Notes under the pieces: generated by a model
Seen by the model: the letters and a program-made list of their open reading frames with translations, nothing else
Database searches by the model: none
What the model was told of the DNA's origin: nothing
Position numbers and translations under genes: made by a program
In this document: positions 1 through 13,351 of the stretch, one piece after another
Layout of the letters: each line of letters begins with the position of its first letter
How positions within the stretch are numbered: the stretch's first letter is position 1
Assembly: GCF_964194025.1 (NCBI RefSeq)
Contig: NC_134481.1
Span: forward strand, 43,462,001 to 43,526,000
From: Convolutriloba macropyga
Lineage: Eukaryota
DNA: 64,000 nucleotides
Reading direction: 5' to 3'

Positions 1-522
1 GACCTCGCAACACAGTTGTTATCGCCCTCTTGTAGTTATTCAACATCTCGGCTTTACCTGGGAGTTTAATAACTTCTCGGTGGCGAGATAACAGTAGTGT
101 GTTCTGCTATGCATCAATAAATTTCATGTTCAAGTAATGAACAAATACTACTCAGTTTAATAAATGATTCTTAGAGAGTGAGTTCTCGGAAATGAGAGCA
201 TGACTAGGATGCGTAAAGCTTGTAGATAAATGTTAAATAATCACTGCTCAAATCACAGCTATCAAGAGAATTAATTTTTCGGTGACATTGGCCGACGCAT
301 TAAAATTTTTGCTTCAATGTTGTTTAAATTGCCTACGAAATTCTTCATGTTGAGCCAATTGTCCACCATGGAGTACACGTTTTTGTAAATTTTGCAGATT
401 TAATATTTAAACAACCAATTATAATCACTTTTTAGAAGATAAGACCCTCATTCAGTGATCAAAGTATGGAGGAAAAACACTCTTTTCTAAGAGATCTGCA
501 TCTGTTTGATGTTTTGAAATTA

Positions 523-1031
523 TTATAGCTGTGAAGCTGTCAGCTGAGCGGAGATTTATTGCGGAACTCTTGGTTTTTTACAATTCAAAGAATTTGAATT
601 CTATTGTGGCGCTGTTTTTTTTAAGATCTGTTCACACATTTTCATGATTTGTAAACTCAAAGTGCAGTAGTGATTTTGGTCACGCCGTAAAAGGAAGGGT
701 AGCGAAACAGCGAGTGATTTTGCGGCGTGAAATTTTTTGTTCACATGCGGTATTTTGACATTGATTTTCTGTTTTTTTTTTTATTTTTTTATCTGATTTG
801 ACTAGAAGTGATTTTCACAATTCACTCATAGTCCGTTCTAGGTCTAGTTTTTTGTTTAGTCAATGAAAATGCTTTAAATTGTACGTCAGGACTTGGCCTG
901 CTATTTTTTTGTTTCGTCGTCTGACGCTCTTTTTCGTTTTACATTTGTTCACACAGCAGAGCTGAAAGAGTCAAATTTTTGGAATTAATTCTTCCACTCA
1001 CTAACGGTGTTTGCGCGCGTGACGTTGTTTT

Positions 1032-1083
<52 letters not shown>

Positions 1084-1398
1084 TTAGCAAAGGTTTTAAG
1101 ATCATTTGCGTGAATAGATTTTGATCATACGTGACTTACCTCAATAAAATTACTTATGCACTTTTATGCTTTAAGTTTAATGTCAAAGAAACTCATATGT
1201 GCAGTAAAGGTCCCTAATAAGAGGCTTCTGTGGAATGATTTTTAACAAGCATTATTATTTTATCGCTGAATGTTTTTTATCTAGTATTTGGGGCGGCGTC
1301 GATGTTTTTCATTTTAGATCTGTATCTGTTTCTATCTCTATTAACGGCACGCAGGTCTTTTCTTTCGCAGCTGTTCTGGCAATGTGCCGGCTATGTTT
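523..1398 (+). mobile_element. Non-autonomous Helentron-like element (HINE), family A, copy 1; contains a (CT)n microsatellite
   Basis: 5' end TTATAGCTGTGAAGCTG; core shared with 3721, 25140, 42160 and 59200; GTGACTTACCTCA at 1131; 3' end GCAGCTGTT-CTGGCAATGTGCCGG(hairpin)-CTATGTTT. SubTIR + 3' hairpin + internal microsatellite is the DINE-1/HINE layout. Confidence 0.6.
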
Positions 1399-3670
1399 AA
1401 TATTTATCTGAGCGGGTTCTTTTCTACTTAATTTTTTTCTAATAACGGTCGGTTGACTAAAATAAATCGAAAGCTTAAAATTAGATTCTTTATCGATGAT
1501 CGCGTATGTTGAAGGCCAGGCTCACGGTTGTTGACAGAATAGTGCTCAATTTTTCAGTTTATTTTTATCCATATAGACAAAAGCGTGACTAGATAATAGG
1601 TAAATTGTTTTTGCGTTAATCTGTAGAGAAATAAAATTTTGAGAATCCAGAGTTTTTAAATCAGTTCTTTATGATTTTTGTCCTTGGGGTTTTTACGTTT
1701 CATTTTTGTTTACTGTATCTTTAACAAATAGTACCGCAGTGTTACCTTCACAGAGAAACATCAAGGCAGATCTCATAAAGATCTAACAGGAAGGCTCGCT
1801 TGTTCTGTGCGTGGCACAGAATGTTCCCAAATTCGAATTTGAAATCATAGCACATATATCAATTTATGGAAAATTATATTTCAGAAACGTTTGTTTTAGC
1901 ACCAAGCATTGTTTTTTATCAAGCTACTACAAAAAGTTTGAGTTATTCAGCTGAAGTTTAAAACAGAAACAAAATGGAACAATATTTCAGTTTTCACAGG
2001 AACCGAAAAACCTGAGTGAGAAACCCTCAATAACGAAGTATTTTGTTACACTTAATTTGTGATAAATACCCTTAAAAGAGTTTTCCTAAAGCGTGCTGTA
2101 ACACGAAACCTATAAGTTTGAATTCTTTTGCATTACACACGATTTTGATTGGGCCTCATCAGTTCTTATCTATAACTGTGAGCAATTAAAGTTCTAACAA
2201 TTATAATGTCAGATTGAGGACTTCTGATTCAAAGTTAGATAGCCTGTACTTTTCTCAGTCAGAGCCTTTGTGTCAAAAACATTGATAAATCTGGCCGAAG
2301 AAGTTACAGTAGTTTTAGTAAAAGAAATTGTCTTTTATCTAGATAATCGAAAACGATCCCAAAAATAATTAAGCAAAGAGAAGCTCCAGGTCACGTATTT
2401 TCAGTGAAACCCTTAGCTTTTCAAGTTATTCCTAGCCGCTCTGTGACATTTTGTTTCAGAAATGTAAAATAATGGAAACTGAAACGATTTTTAATAATTG
2501 TCACTTTTATTTCGATTATCAACGATTATCAAAATTATATCAATTTTTCTCAAGTTCCTTTTTCTCATCCCTAATCGTTGTTTTGGTAAAACGAAAGAAT
2601 TGAATAGCATTTGGAAGTCAAACTTAAGCTTGGCTGGTCTCTAAGCCCAGGTTAAATGAATCAATCTAATTGAGAATTTATAAACATATGGTAGAAAGTT
2701 TTGGTAGCTTATATACCTCTGAAGTAAAATGGAAAAACTTTTTGCACGTTTTTAAATAGTATTAGTTTTATAATTTAGTTTCGGTTTTAACAATCAGAGG
2801 GGGAATATAATATAATTATGAGCTTCAAATCTAAAAAAATCAAATTCTCAAAATAAATTTAAATTAGATAGAACCATTAGCTACCTAGAAGGGTCAGAAG
2901 GATGACGATATACTTTACAAGAGAGCTTTGAGATTTCTTAATTAATTATATTCGACAGAAGGACGATACGTTCATCAGTAGTGAACTGAAAACTACTTTG
3001 GTGTAGGTGAAATTGGTTTAATGAAAAAGCGATGTTAAAATAATCAAAAATAGAGACGTAACAGCTGGAATTGAAGAAGTATGATGTGAAAAATGGGATA
3101 AAATTAAAAGCAGCAGTCAAAGTTAGGCAAGTCAACATAAACTTGCGAATATCTGATTTCTCTCATATCAGAAACACAAAAAAAGCCTGCACACGAAAAT
3201 AAATTATATGAAATCGGAATTCAATAATAGCTGACTGGGTACGTGGAACAGCTCATATCACATCATATTTATTGTTGTTATAATGAATGGCAAAATTTAT
3301 TTTTGGCATAAAAGATGATTAAAATCTTTAAAAAAAAATGGCAAAAATGGGTTCTTTTCAAATTTCAGTGTAGCCCAAAAAAGTACAAAATGCAGAATGA
3401 GTTATTTTTGATTAATTTTCACTGAATTGTACATGCGGACAAAAATCATGCTATCGCTTAAATTTGACAGTTTTCTTAGTTTTTGGGTTCGATATGGAAT
3501 ATCTTTATTATTTTTTGATTTTTCAAGAAAATTGTAACAATAAACCATTAATAAACAGATCTCAACTTTTCTTTGCATTTTTCAATAAATAAAAAGGATT
3601 TTAAGCAAACTAAACGTTGGATGAAAAGCTGGTTAAGAGAGGCGAGGGAAGGGCTAAAAATTCAAAAAAG
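570..3670 (+). repeat. Older tandem segmental duplication, copy 1 (partner 3721-6853)
   Basis: Colinear similarity with many substitutions and indels, e.g. 1787-1825 vs 4975-5013, 2813-2990 vs 5752-5930, 3420-3665 vs 6612-6850. Confidence 0.85.
1033..1080. repeat. (CT)n microsatellite
   Basis: Directly visible; shorter paralogue at about 4223-4240. Confidence 0.95.
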
Positions 3671-3720
3671 ATCAGGTTTTAAACGGTTGTTAAAATAGTT
3701 ACAATACCAAGTTATATTAA

Positions 3721-6700
3721 TTGGTTTTTTACTATTCAAAGAATTTGAATTGTATTGGGGTCTTTTTTTTCAAGATCTGTTCATTATTGTCTTTTTTTTC
3801 AAGATCTGTTCGCACATTTTGTTGTTTTTTGAGCTCAAATTGGTGTAATGATTTTGGTCACATCGTAAAAGGAAGGGGAGCGAAAAAGCGAGTGGTTTTG
3901 CGGCATGAAATATTTTTTGCTCTAATTTTGAAGTAGAGTAAGAAAACGGTGTTTGAAAAAAATTCGCGTTCTTGCTAGTGGGTTTTTATTTACATGCGGC
4001 ATTCTGACATGTTTGTCTGACATGTTTTTGTTATTGTTTTTGATCTGAGCTTTTTAGAAATGATTTTTACTTTTCACTCATAGTCCGTTCATGTCTTTTT
4101 TTATTCGTCGTCTGACGCTGTTTTTATCGTTTTACACTTGTTCACACAGCAACGCTGAAAAAGTCAACTCTTTAGAATAACTTTTTCCTCTCACTAACGG
4201 TGTTTGCGCGCATGACGTCATTTCTCTCTCTCTCTCTCTCTAGCAAAGGTTTTAAGATCTTTCGCGTCAATAGATTTTGATCATACGTGACTTATCTCAA
4301 AAAAATTACTTGTGCACTTTAAAATTGAAGTTTAATTTGAACTTGTTTAATGTCAAAGAAACTTATATGTTTAGTAAATGTCACTAATAAGAGGCTTCTG
4401 TGGAATGAACTTTAACAAGCTTTATTAATTTATCACAATGTTTTTTACCTAGCCTTTTGAGTGACGTCGATTTTTTTTTCAATTAAAAACTGTATCTGTT
4501 TCTATCTCTATTGACGGTACGGTCTATTCCTTCGCAGCTATTCTGGCAATGTGCCAGATATGTTCACTGTTTATCCGAACGGATTGTTTTCTACTTAATT
4601 TGTTTTTTTTTTTAAATAACTGTTGGTTGACTAAAATTGATCGAGATCTTCAAATTAGATTCTTTTGTCGGTGATCGTGTATGTCGAAGGCCAGGCTTAA
4701 GGTTATTGACAGAATAGTGCTCAATGATTCAGTACTTTTGATCCTTTTTATCCATATAGTCAGAAGCCTGACTAGATAGTAAGTAAATTGCTTTTTCGAT
4801 AATCTGTAGAGAAATAAATTTTTTAGAAGCCAGAGTTTTTAAATCTGTTCTATCAAAAAGTTTCTGCCCTTTGAGTTTTTTTAAGTTTCATTTTTGTTTA
4901 CTGTTTCTTTAACAAATAGTTGCTCAGTGTTACCTTCACAGAGAAACTTGAAGACTGATCTCATGAAGATCTAACAGGAAGGCTTGCTTGTTCTGTGCGT
5001 GGCACAGAATGTTAGCACATTCGAATTTGAAATCATAATATATATTGTATTAATATACCGAAAATGGTATTTCAGGCATTAAGCATTGTTTTTTACCAAG
5101 CTGCCTCAAAAATTGTAAATTTATTGAGCTGAATTTTTAAACAGAAACAAAATGGAAAAATGTTTGTTTTCAGAGGAATCGAAAAAACTGAGTGATAAAC
5201 CTTCAATGACAAAGTACTTTGTTGCACTTAATTTGAGATAAATACCATTTAAAGAGTTTTCCTAAAACGTGTTGTAACACGAAATCTATTAGTTTTTAAT
5301 TTTTTTTGCTTTAGACACGACTTCTATTGAGCTTCATCAGTTTTTATCTATAACTTTGAGGAATTAAAAGATTTTTTAAACAATTTTAATGTCAAATTGA
5401 GGACTTCTGATTCAAAGTTAGATGTTTTACATACCGTGTACTCTTCTCAGCAGGAACCTCTGTGTCAACAGCATTTGTAAATGTGGCTGTAGAGTTTACA
5501 GTAGTTTTAGTAAAAAAAAGTTGTGTTTTAGACAATCGAAAACGAACCCAAAAATCATTAAGCTAACAGAAGCTCCTGGTCACGTGTATTCAGTGAAACC
5601 CTTCACTTTTCAAGTTATTCCTAGCCGTTCTTTGACATTTTGTCTGACATACCTCTGAAGTTAAATTGAAAAACTCTTTGGCACTTTTTGAAGTAGTAAT
5701 AGTTTTATGCTTTAGTTTTGGTGTTAATAATCCGAGGGGGAATTATATTTTAATTATATGAGCTTCAAATCTAAAAAGTTCAAATTCTTAAAATAATTTT
5801 AAATTGGATAGAACCATTAGTTACCTAGAAGGGTCAGAAGGATGACGATATACTTTACAAGAGAGCATTTGAGATTTCCTAATCAATTGTTTTGGACAGA
5901 AGGACGATACGTTCATCAATAGTGAACTGATAATTTTTTTGTAAACTTAAAATTTGTTTAATGTAAAAGCGACGTTAAAATTACCAAAAAAGACGGAACA
6001 GCTGGAGTCCGAATTGTTTCAAATTGCTCGAATTTAAAACTCAAAGCTGTCAGCAACAGAAATGAAAACAAAACAAATTAAAGAGAAAAAATGTCTCAAA
6101 TTTAAGAAGTAAAATATCCTGTTTGTAAAAACGTACCGTTTCTTAGCAGGTAATCTTCATGGCCGTAAATTAAATTGAATGCAGTGAAAACTGCCCCTGT
6201 TCAATACGAAATTTCACCATTAATGATAATCAGGCAAGCCTACAAAAATGACTATGAATAGGAGAGCTACCATAATCATAAAAAGTGATTCACACATTTG
6301 AAGCTAAGCACTTATGGAGTTCAATTGTTGATTTTTGTTAACGGTCATGGAGTATAATATTGAAAAGGGGATGAAACTAAAAGCAGTAGTCCAAGCACGG
6401 CAAGTCAACAAAAACTTGCGAATAACTGATTTCTCTGTTAACCGTCGAATAACCGTCCGCGCGCTGAAGAATAATGTCTTCTGTAAGTTGTGCTTCCTCA
6501 GTGTGATTGCCCGTTCTGCTACTTGATGTGCACCCTAAACATTGACTTCCATTCGACCTCAAAATTATCAGAAATTGTCAGTTCGTGAAAAAAATGAGTT
6601 CTTTTGTGTTCAGTGAATTGTACATGCGGAAAAAGTGCATGCTATTACTTAAACTTGACAGCTTTCTTAGTTTTTGGGTTCGATATGAAATATCTTTATT

Positions 6701-6853
6701 ATTTTTTGATTTTTCAATAAAATTGTAACAATTAACCATTAATAGACATCTCAAAATTTTTTGCCATTTATCAAGGAAAATAAAGGATTTCAACTGAACT
6801 TTGGATGAAAAATTAGGTTAAGACAGGCGAGGGAAGGTTTAAAAATTCATAAA
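3721..6853 (+). repeat. Older tandem segmental duplication, copy 2; includes 5'-truncated HINE-A copy 3721-4564
   Basis: Colinear with 570-3670; GTGACTTATCTCA at 4288; 3' hairpin CTGGCAATGTGCCAG then ATATGTT at about 4543-4564. Confidence 0.85.
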
Positions 6854-8652
6854 ATTTTGCGATAAAAATCATGTTAGTCGTAAATGATTGAGTTTTGACC
6901 AAAATTTTAGGTAGTTTTGATCGAAAATTAGGCTAAATTGCCTGAAATTGTGGGTAGAAAATGTTAAAATTTTTTCTAAAATGCTTGAAATAGTAAAGTT
7001 ATTAAAATTTCTCTCTTTAGTGAAATTCTAGACGCATGGAGCTCCAAATTGGTACCACATTTGCTAGCCTGGGATGACCTCAAAAAAAGTCAAAAATTGT
7101 CTGAAAAAATGGGGCTAGCATACAAGTTCTCTCATTTTATTTACAAAAATGTGGGAACAATAATTGCGTGATCGTTCTGTTTCAGTCCACTGTTCATATA
7201 TTTGTGTGCACATGCATATCTAGATAAATAAAATGCAGTATTTGAGAATTTATTATTATATAAAATGTAAATACAGTTGAATTTTGATGGTGAGCCTTGA
7301 AGGCATCAATTGTTGCGGTTCGACTTTCAGATCTAGTTTTTTTTTTAAATTTTTTGGCTTCCTGATTCATTTTGTCTTAGATTTTGAAAATTTTTATTGG
7401 CGCGCCAATTTCGAACAGTTTCAACGCATCATTTTATCGAAATTTGAAGATTTTTTGTCAGAAGCTTCAATTTTTTATTTAATTAAACCATTCGATTTTT
7501 TCTAGTTTGCAAATCGTATCTTCGCTCATATTTATTTGTTTTTTAAACTTTATTTTGCAAGATATGAGATTAAAATTTTTAAAATATATTTTATAACATT
7601 CATATCCAAATCAAAGGCAACTTTGAAACCTATTTCCCAATGGAAGTTTCTAACACTTCTAGCACTGGATTTTTATCCTGATAATAAGTGTTTAATGTGT
7701 CTGGGTTTTCTTTGATCAAGCATTTCAATCTAGTACAAGGAAAACTGTATATCAAGTGTTTCTAAAATGTTTCGACTGTTGTTTTTATATACGCTAAACA
7801 GTTTTTTAAAACTTTCTTTCGCAAATGTTGATGAGTAAAATGAGTGTTTAATTTTAGCCGATAAAATTTAGCTCTAAATCTAATCTAAAAAATAGTGTTT
7901 TCTTGCAATGTTTGCGATTGAAGTTTCCACACAAAATTTGAGAAAAAGTTTAAGTTCCCATAATTACAAAGCTATTATGAATTGAAGAGATTTTATATTT
8001 GACTCACCTAAGTAAAATGAATTTTTTATTTGGTGCTCAGCCAACTATACAAGCCAAGTTCTGTAAGAGCGGCATTTTGACCCTAATTGTTTTGATCAAT
8101 GAAAACTACTGAATTGCTTTTTACTGAGCAACACTTAGTTTGTTCTGTAACTGGCGTGAATTTAAATAGCTCAAAGCCCAGTCACTAATTATAAGAAAGG
8201 TACCGACGTGAAAAACTTGTTTCCTTCTAAAAGTTAAACTGAGATAATTTAAATAAATTTAATAAGTCTTTTAAAGTTGACGAAAACACTATTTTGCACC
8301 TTATATCGAATATTTTTGTTCCGAACATCTTCCAGATCAGTCAACTTTCGATTGAATTTAAATTGTGAAAAATTGCATTCTATGCAAACTTCTGAATCAG
8401 ACCGACCTCTAAGAGACAATTAACAAAGGAACGAAAAACGAGCAATTTAAAAGTTTTAAAAATGGTTATTTACAAAACCAATAGCTTCTAGATAAAAGTT
8501 GCCCAGCATCGAAAGAAGAGGTGTCATTACAATGTTGTATCCTTCGGAGCTGAACAAATGTTTTATCTTTCGGAGCTGAACAAATGTTTTATCTTTCGTA
8601 GCTGAACAATGTTTTATCTTTCTTTTATATAATGAGGAAAACTTTTGATTCA
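5751..8652 (+). repeat. Recent near-identical tandem duplication, copy 1 (period 2902 bp)
   Basis: ORF-track translations at 6335/9237, 6578/9480 and 7284/10186 are almost identical with a constant 2902 offset; only scattered substitutions. Confidence 0.95.
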
Positions 8653-11561
8653 TAATTATATGAGCTTCAAATCTAAAAAGTTCAAATTCTTAAAACAATT
8701 TTAAATTGGATAGAACCATTAGTTACCTAGAAGGGTCAGAAGGATGACGATATACTTTACAAGAGAGCATTTGAGATTTCCTAATCAATTGTTTTGGACA
8801 GAAGGACGATACGTTCATCAATAGTGAACTGATAATTTTTTTGTAAACTTAAAATTTGTTTAATGGAAAAGCGACGTTAAAATTACCAAAAAAGACGGAA
8901 CAGCTGGAGTCCGAATTGTTTCAAATTGCTCGACTTTAAAACTCAAAGCTGTCAGCAACAGAAATGAAAACAAAACAAATTAAAGAGAAAAAATGTCTCA
9001 AATTTAAGAAGTAAAATATCCTGTTTGTAAAAACGTACCGTTTCTAAGCAGGTAATCTTCATGGCCGTAAATTAAATTGAATGCAGTGAAAACTGCCCCT
9101 GTTCAATACGAAATTTCACCATTAATGATAATCAGGCAAGCCTACAAAAATGACTATGAATAGGAGAGCTACCATAATCATAAAAAGTGATTCACACATT
9201 TGAAGCTAAGCACTTATGGAGTTCAATTGTTGATTTTTGTTAACGGTCATGGAGTATAATATTGAAAAGGGGATGAAACTAAAAGCAGTAGTCCAAGCAC
9301 GGCAAGTCAACAAAAACTTGCGAATAACTGATTTCTCTGTTAACCGTCGAATAACCCTCCGCGCGCTGAAGAATAATGTCTTCTGTAAGTTGTGCTTCCT
9401 CAGTGTGATTGCCCGTTCTGCTACTTGATGTGCACCCTAAACATTGACTTCCATTCGACCTCAAAATTATCAGAAATTGTCAGTTCGTGAAAAAAATGAG
9501 TTCTTTTGTGTTCAGTGAATTGTACATGCGGAAAAAGTGCATGCTATTACTTAAACTTGACAGCTTTCTTAGTTTTTGGGTTCGATATGAAATATCTTTA
9601 TTATTTTTTGATTTTTCAATAAAATTGTAACAATTAACCATTAATAGACATCTCAAAATTTTTTGCCATTTATCAAGGAAAATAAAGGATTTCAACTGAA
9701 CTTTGGATGAAAAATTAGGTTAAGACAGGCGAGGGAAGGTTTAAAAATTCATAAAATTTTGCGATAAAAATCATGTTAGTCGTAAATGATTGAGTTTTGA
9801 CCAAAATTTTAGGTAGTTTTGATCGAAAATTAGGCTAAATTGCCTGAAATTGTGGGTAGAAAATGTTAAAATTTTTTCTAAAATGCTTGAAATAGTAAAG
9901 TTATTAAAATTTCTCTCTTTAGTGAAATTCTAGACGCATGGAGCTCCAAATTGGTACCACATTTGCTAGCCTGGGATGACCTCAAAAAAAGTCAAAAATT
10001 GTCTGAAAAAATGGGGCTAGCATACAAGTTCTCTCATTTTATTTACAAAAATGTGGGAACAATAATTGCGTGATCGTTCTGTTTCAGTCCACTGTTCATA
10101 TATTTGTGTGCACATGCATATCTAGATAAATAAAATGCAGTATTTGAGAATTTATTATTATATAAAATGTAAATACAGTTGAATTTTGATGGTGAGCCTT
10201 GAAGGCATCAATTGTTGCGGGTCGACTTTCAGATCTAGTTTTTTTTTAAAATTTTTTGGCTTCCTGATTCATTTTGTCTTAGATTTTGAAAATTTTTATT
10301 GGCGCGCCAATTTCGAACAGTTTCAACGCATCATTTTATCGAAATTTGAAGATTTTTTGTCAGAAGCTTCAATTTTTTATTTAATTAAACCATTCGATTT
10401 TTTCTAGTTTGCAAATCGTATCTTCGCTCATATTTATTTGTTTTTTAAACTTTATTTTGCAAGATATGAGATTAAGATTTTTAAAATATATTTTATAACA
10501 TTCATATCCAAATCAAAGGCAACTTTGAAACCTATTTCCCAATGGAAGTTTCTAACACTTCTAGCACTGGATTTTTATCCTGATAATAAGTGTTTAATGT
10601 GTCTGGGTTTTCTTTGATCAAGCATTTCAATCTAGTACAAGGAAAACTGTATATCAAGTGTTTCTAAAATGTTTCGACTGTTGTTTTTATATACGCTAAA
10701 CAGTTTTTTAAAACTTTCTTTCGCAAATGTTGATGAGTAAAATGAGTGTTTAATTTTAGCCGATAAAATTTAGCTCTAAATCTAATCTAAAAAATAGTGT
10801 TTTCTTGCAATGTTTGCGATTAAAGTTTCCACACAAAATTTGAGAAAAAGTTTAAGTTCCCATAATTACAAAGCTATTATGAATTGAAGAGATTTTATAT
10901 TTGACTCACCTAAGTAAAATGAATTTTTTATTTGGTGCTCAGCCAACTATACAAGCCAAGTTCTGTAAGAGCGGCATTTTGACCCTAATTGTTTTGATCA
11001 ATGAAAACTACTGAATTGCTTTTTACTGAGCAACACTTAGTTTGTTCTGTAACTGGCGTGAATTTAAATAGCTCAAAGCCCAGTCACTAATTATAAGAAA
11101 GGTACCGACGTGAAAAACTTGTTTCCTTCTAAAAGTTAAACTGAGATAATTTAAATAAATTTAATAAGTCTTTTAAAGTTGACGAAAACACTATTTTGCA
11201 CCTTATATCGAATATTTTTGTTCCGAACATCTTCCAGATCAGTCAACTTTCGATTGAATTTAAATTGTGAAAAATTGCATTCTATGCAAACTTCTGAATC
11301 AGACCGACCTCTAAGAGACAATTAACAAAGGAACGAAAAACGAGCAATTTAAAAATTTTCTTAAAAATGGTTATTTACAAAACCAATAGCTTCTAGATAA
11401 AAGTTGCCCAGCATCGAAAGAAGAGGTGTCATTACAATGTTGTATCCTTCGGAGCTGAACAAATGTTTTATCTTTCGGAGCTGAACAAATGTTTTATCTT
11501 TCGTAGCTAAACAATGTTTTATCTTTCTTTAATATAATGAGGAATACTTTTGATTCATAAT
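8653..11561 (+). repeat. Recent near-identical tandem duplication, copy 2
   Basis: Starts TAATTATATGAGCTTCAAATC as at 5751; ends ACTTTTGATTCATAATT as at 8641-8657. Confidence 0.95.
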
Positions 11562-11600
11562 TTTTTGCGAAAAGGGGCATGTTCGTTCCTAATATTGAAT

Positions 11601-11606
11601 TATATA

Positions 11607-11664
<58 letters not shown>
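11601..11664. repeat. (TA)n microsatellite
   Basis: Directly visible. Confidence 0.95.
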
Positions 11665-11667
<3 letters not shown>

Positions 11668-13351
11668 GCAAAAATGGGGCAACATTGCCAAACTTAGATC
11701 GAATTTTCTATTGAATATTTTTGAATTTTAAAAATATTCTGTAAATTATGCTGAATCAAAAAAATTTCTCCGAAAAAAAAACAAAAAAATAGCGGAAATC
11801 AACTGAATATGAAGAGCCAATGATACCAATTGTTTGTAAATATAGTTGAAATATGTTATTTCGCTTCCTGTTTGAATAATAACCATTTGAGCAATAAACG
11901 ATTTTTGAAAATCTCAGTTGCTTAAAACTTCAATTGATTGAGGATACTGTAATTGCGATCGACTCGGACATCGCAATGAAAAAGAAAATAGACCAAAAAA
12001 GTGGCAAAGCTGTAATCGATGAATTATTTTGAATTCTTTTAATATTTTCAAATGTCAAACAACCATAAGCTTTAGACTTTAAAAAACAGATAGGCTTCCT
12101 TGAAATTCCTGAGGATGCCAATTGGACCTGTCGTGATTTGATTGTTCTGTTCTATGATGAACATAGAAAAGCAAAAAATGCAAAAATATTTTTAAAAAGA
12201 CAGCTACTGATTATAATCCGAATTATTTTTTGGACTTTAATATTAGTATCAGACCAAAGCTAGCCTTGCTATCGCTGTTTCTCCATTAGGTACATGTAAT
12301 GTATCCGAATATAATGGATAATTTGACTAGAAATTCCATTTATCAAAGTTAAATGATGCTTTTTGAATAATTATTGAGTAGAATTAGCAAAAACCGGCAA
12401 AATTTGATCTGAGAACACTCAAGGGTAAGCAAAACAAGTCCACCATGGAGTTAACGAAGATTGTGTCCGAAGTTTTTAGGTGTTCTTTCGGCAAATTTTA
12501 ATGAAGTGTATTAGGAAAATTTCGTGCCGTTTTTTGATGAAAAAGGCTGAATTTCAAAAAATTTAGCAAAAATTAGAGTCAAAAATTGGATAAAACAGTT
12601 CAACTCTCCTCTATCTTTTGAGGTAAAACCAACAAGACTCTCGTTAACAATTTTCGTTAGAAAAAAAAACGAAGTTCAAAAAACTTTAATTTTGTATTCT
12701 ACGCTGGAAGGGCTTTCTAATGACATTACTCACAAAATTTGAGTAAATGACTGAAAACCATTTTAGTCTATAGTTGTTCCTCCACTAAAGTGGGTTGGAA
12801 CAATAAAGATACCGTTGGCATACGTGGAAAAGCTAAACATTTAATTCAAAGTATGTGCAATTGTGATAGTTTTAGTAATCAATTTTCTTCATCGTGGTTC
12901 TTAATGGAGAGAGAAAACAGTTAGTGATGATTAAATTGAGCGTATGATGTAGTAAACATCTTTAAGATACAAATTAATTTATGTATATTGCTCATTTATG
13001 TTTATTCGTTTTTAACCTTAAATACGTTTCCTTTAGATACTGTTAACACAATGCATTTTTTAATGAACGAAGTAAAGATAGAGGCGGATTATACTGGCCG
13101 GATAAAGTATTTGATGCGGTTAAAATTAAACCCAACAGATTGCCACAAGTAGTGGCGATTGGTTTGCTGGATGTCAATAAAAGTTGAAAAGAAAAGGTGA
13201 AATAGATCTTTTTAGAATACAAAGACGACACGACTAATTTTGAACAATGCTGATTGAGCTATGATTCTTAATGGGAAGATTATTCGTTAGAATTGATACC
13301 TATTAGAACTTGTAGGGACTAATAGCAGAATAGCTTAAGAACCAAATTTTT

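Noticed and set aside
1131-1400. ACTTACCT-containing loci as genuine U1 snRNA genes
   Set aside because: No U1 stem-loop I/II loop sequences follow; Sm-like T-runs are expected by chance in AT-rich DNA; kept only as a speculative finding
2938-11691. Short ORFs in the duplicated blocks as genes
   Set aside because: Mostly non-ATG starts, Phe/Ile/Lys-biased, frames not kept between the older duplicates; one reads through the (TA)n tract
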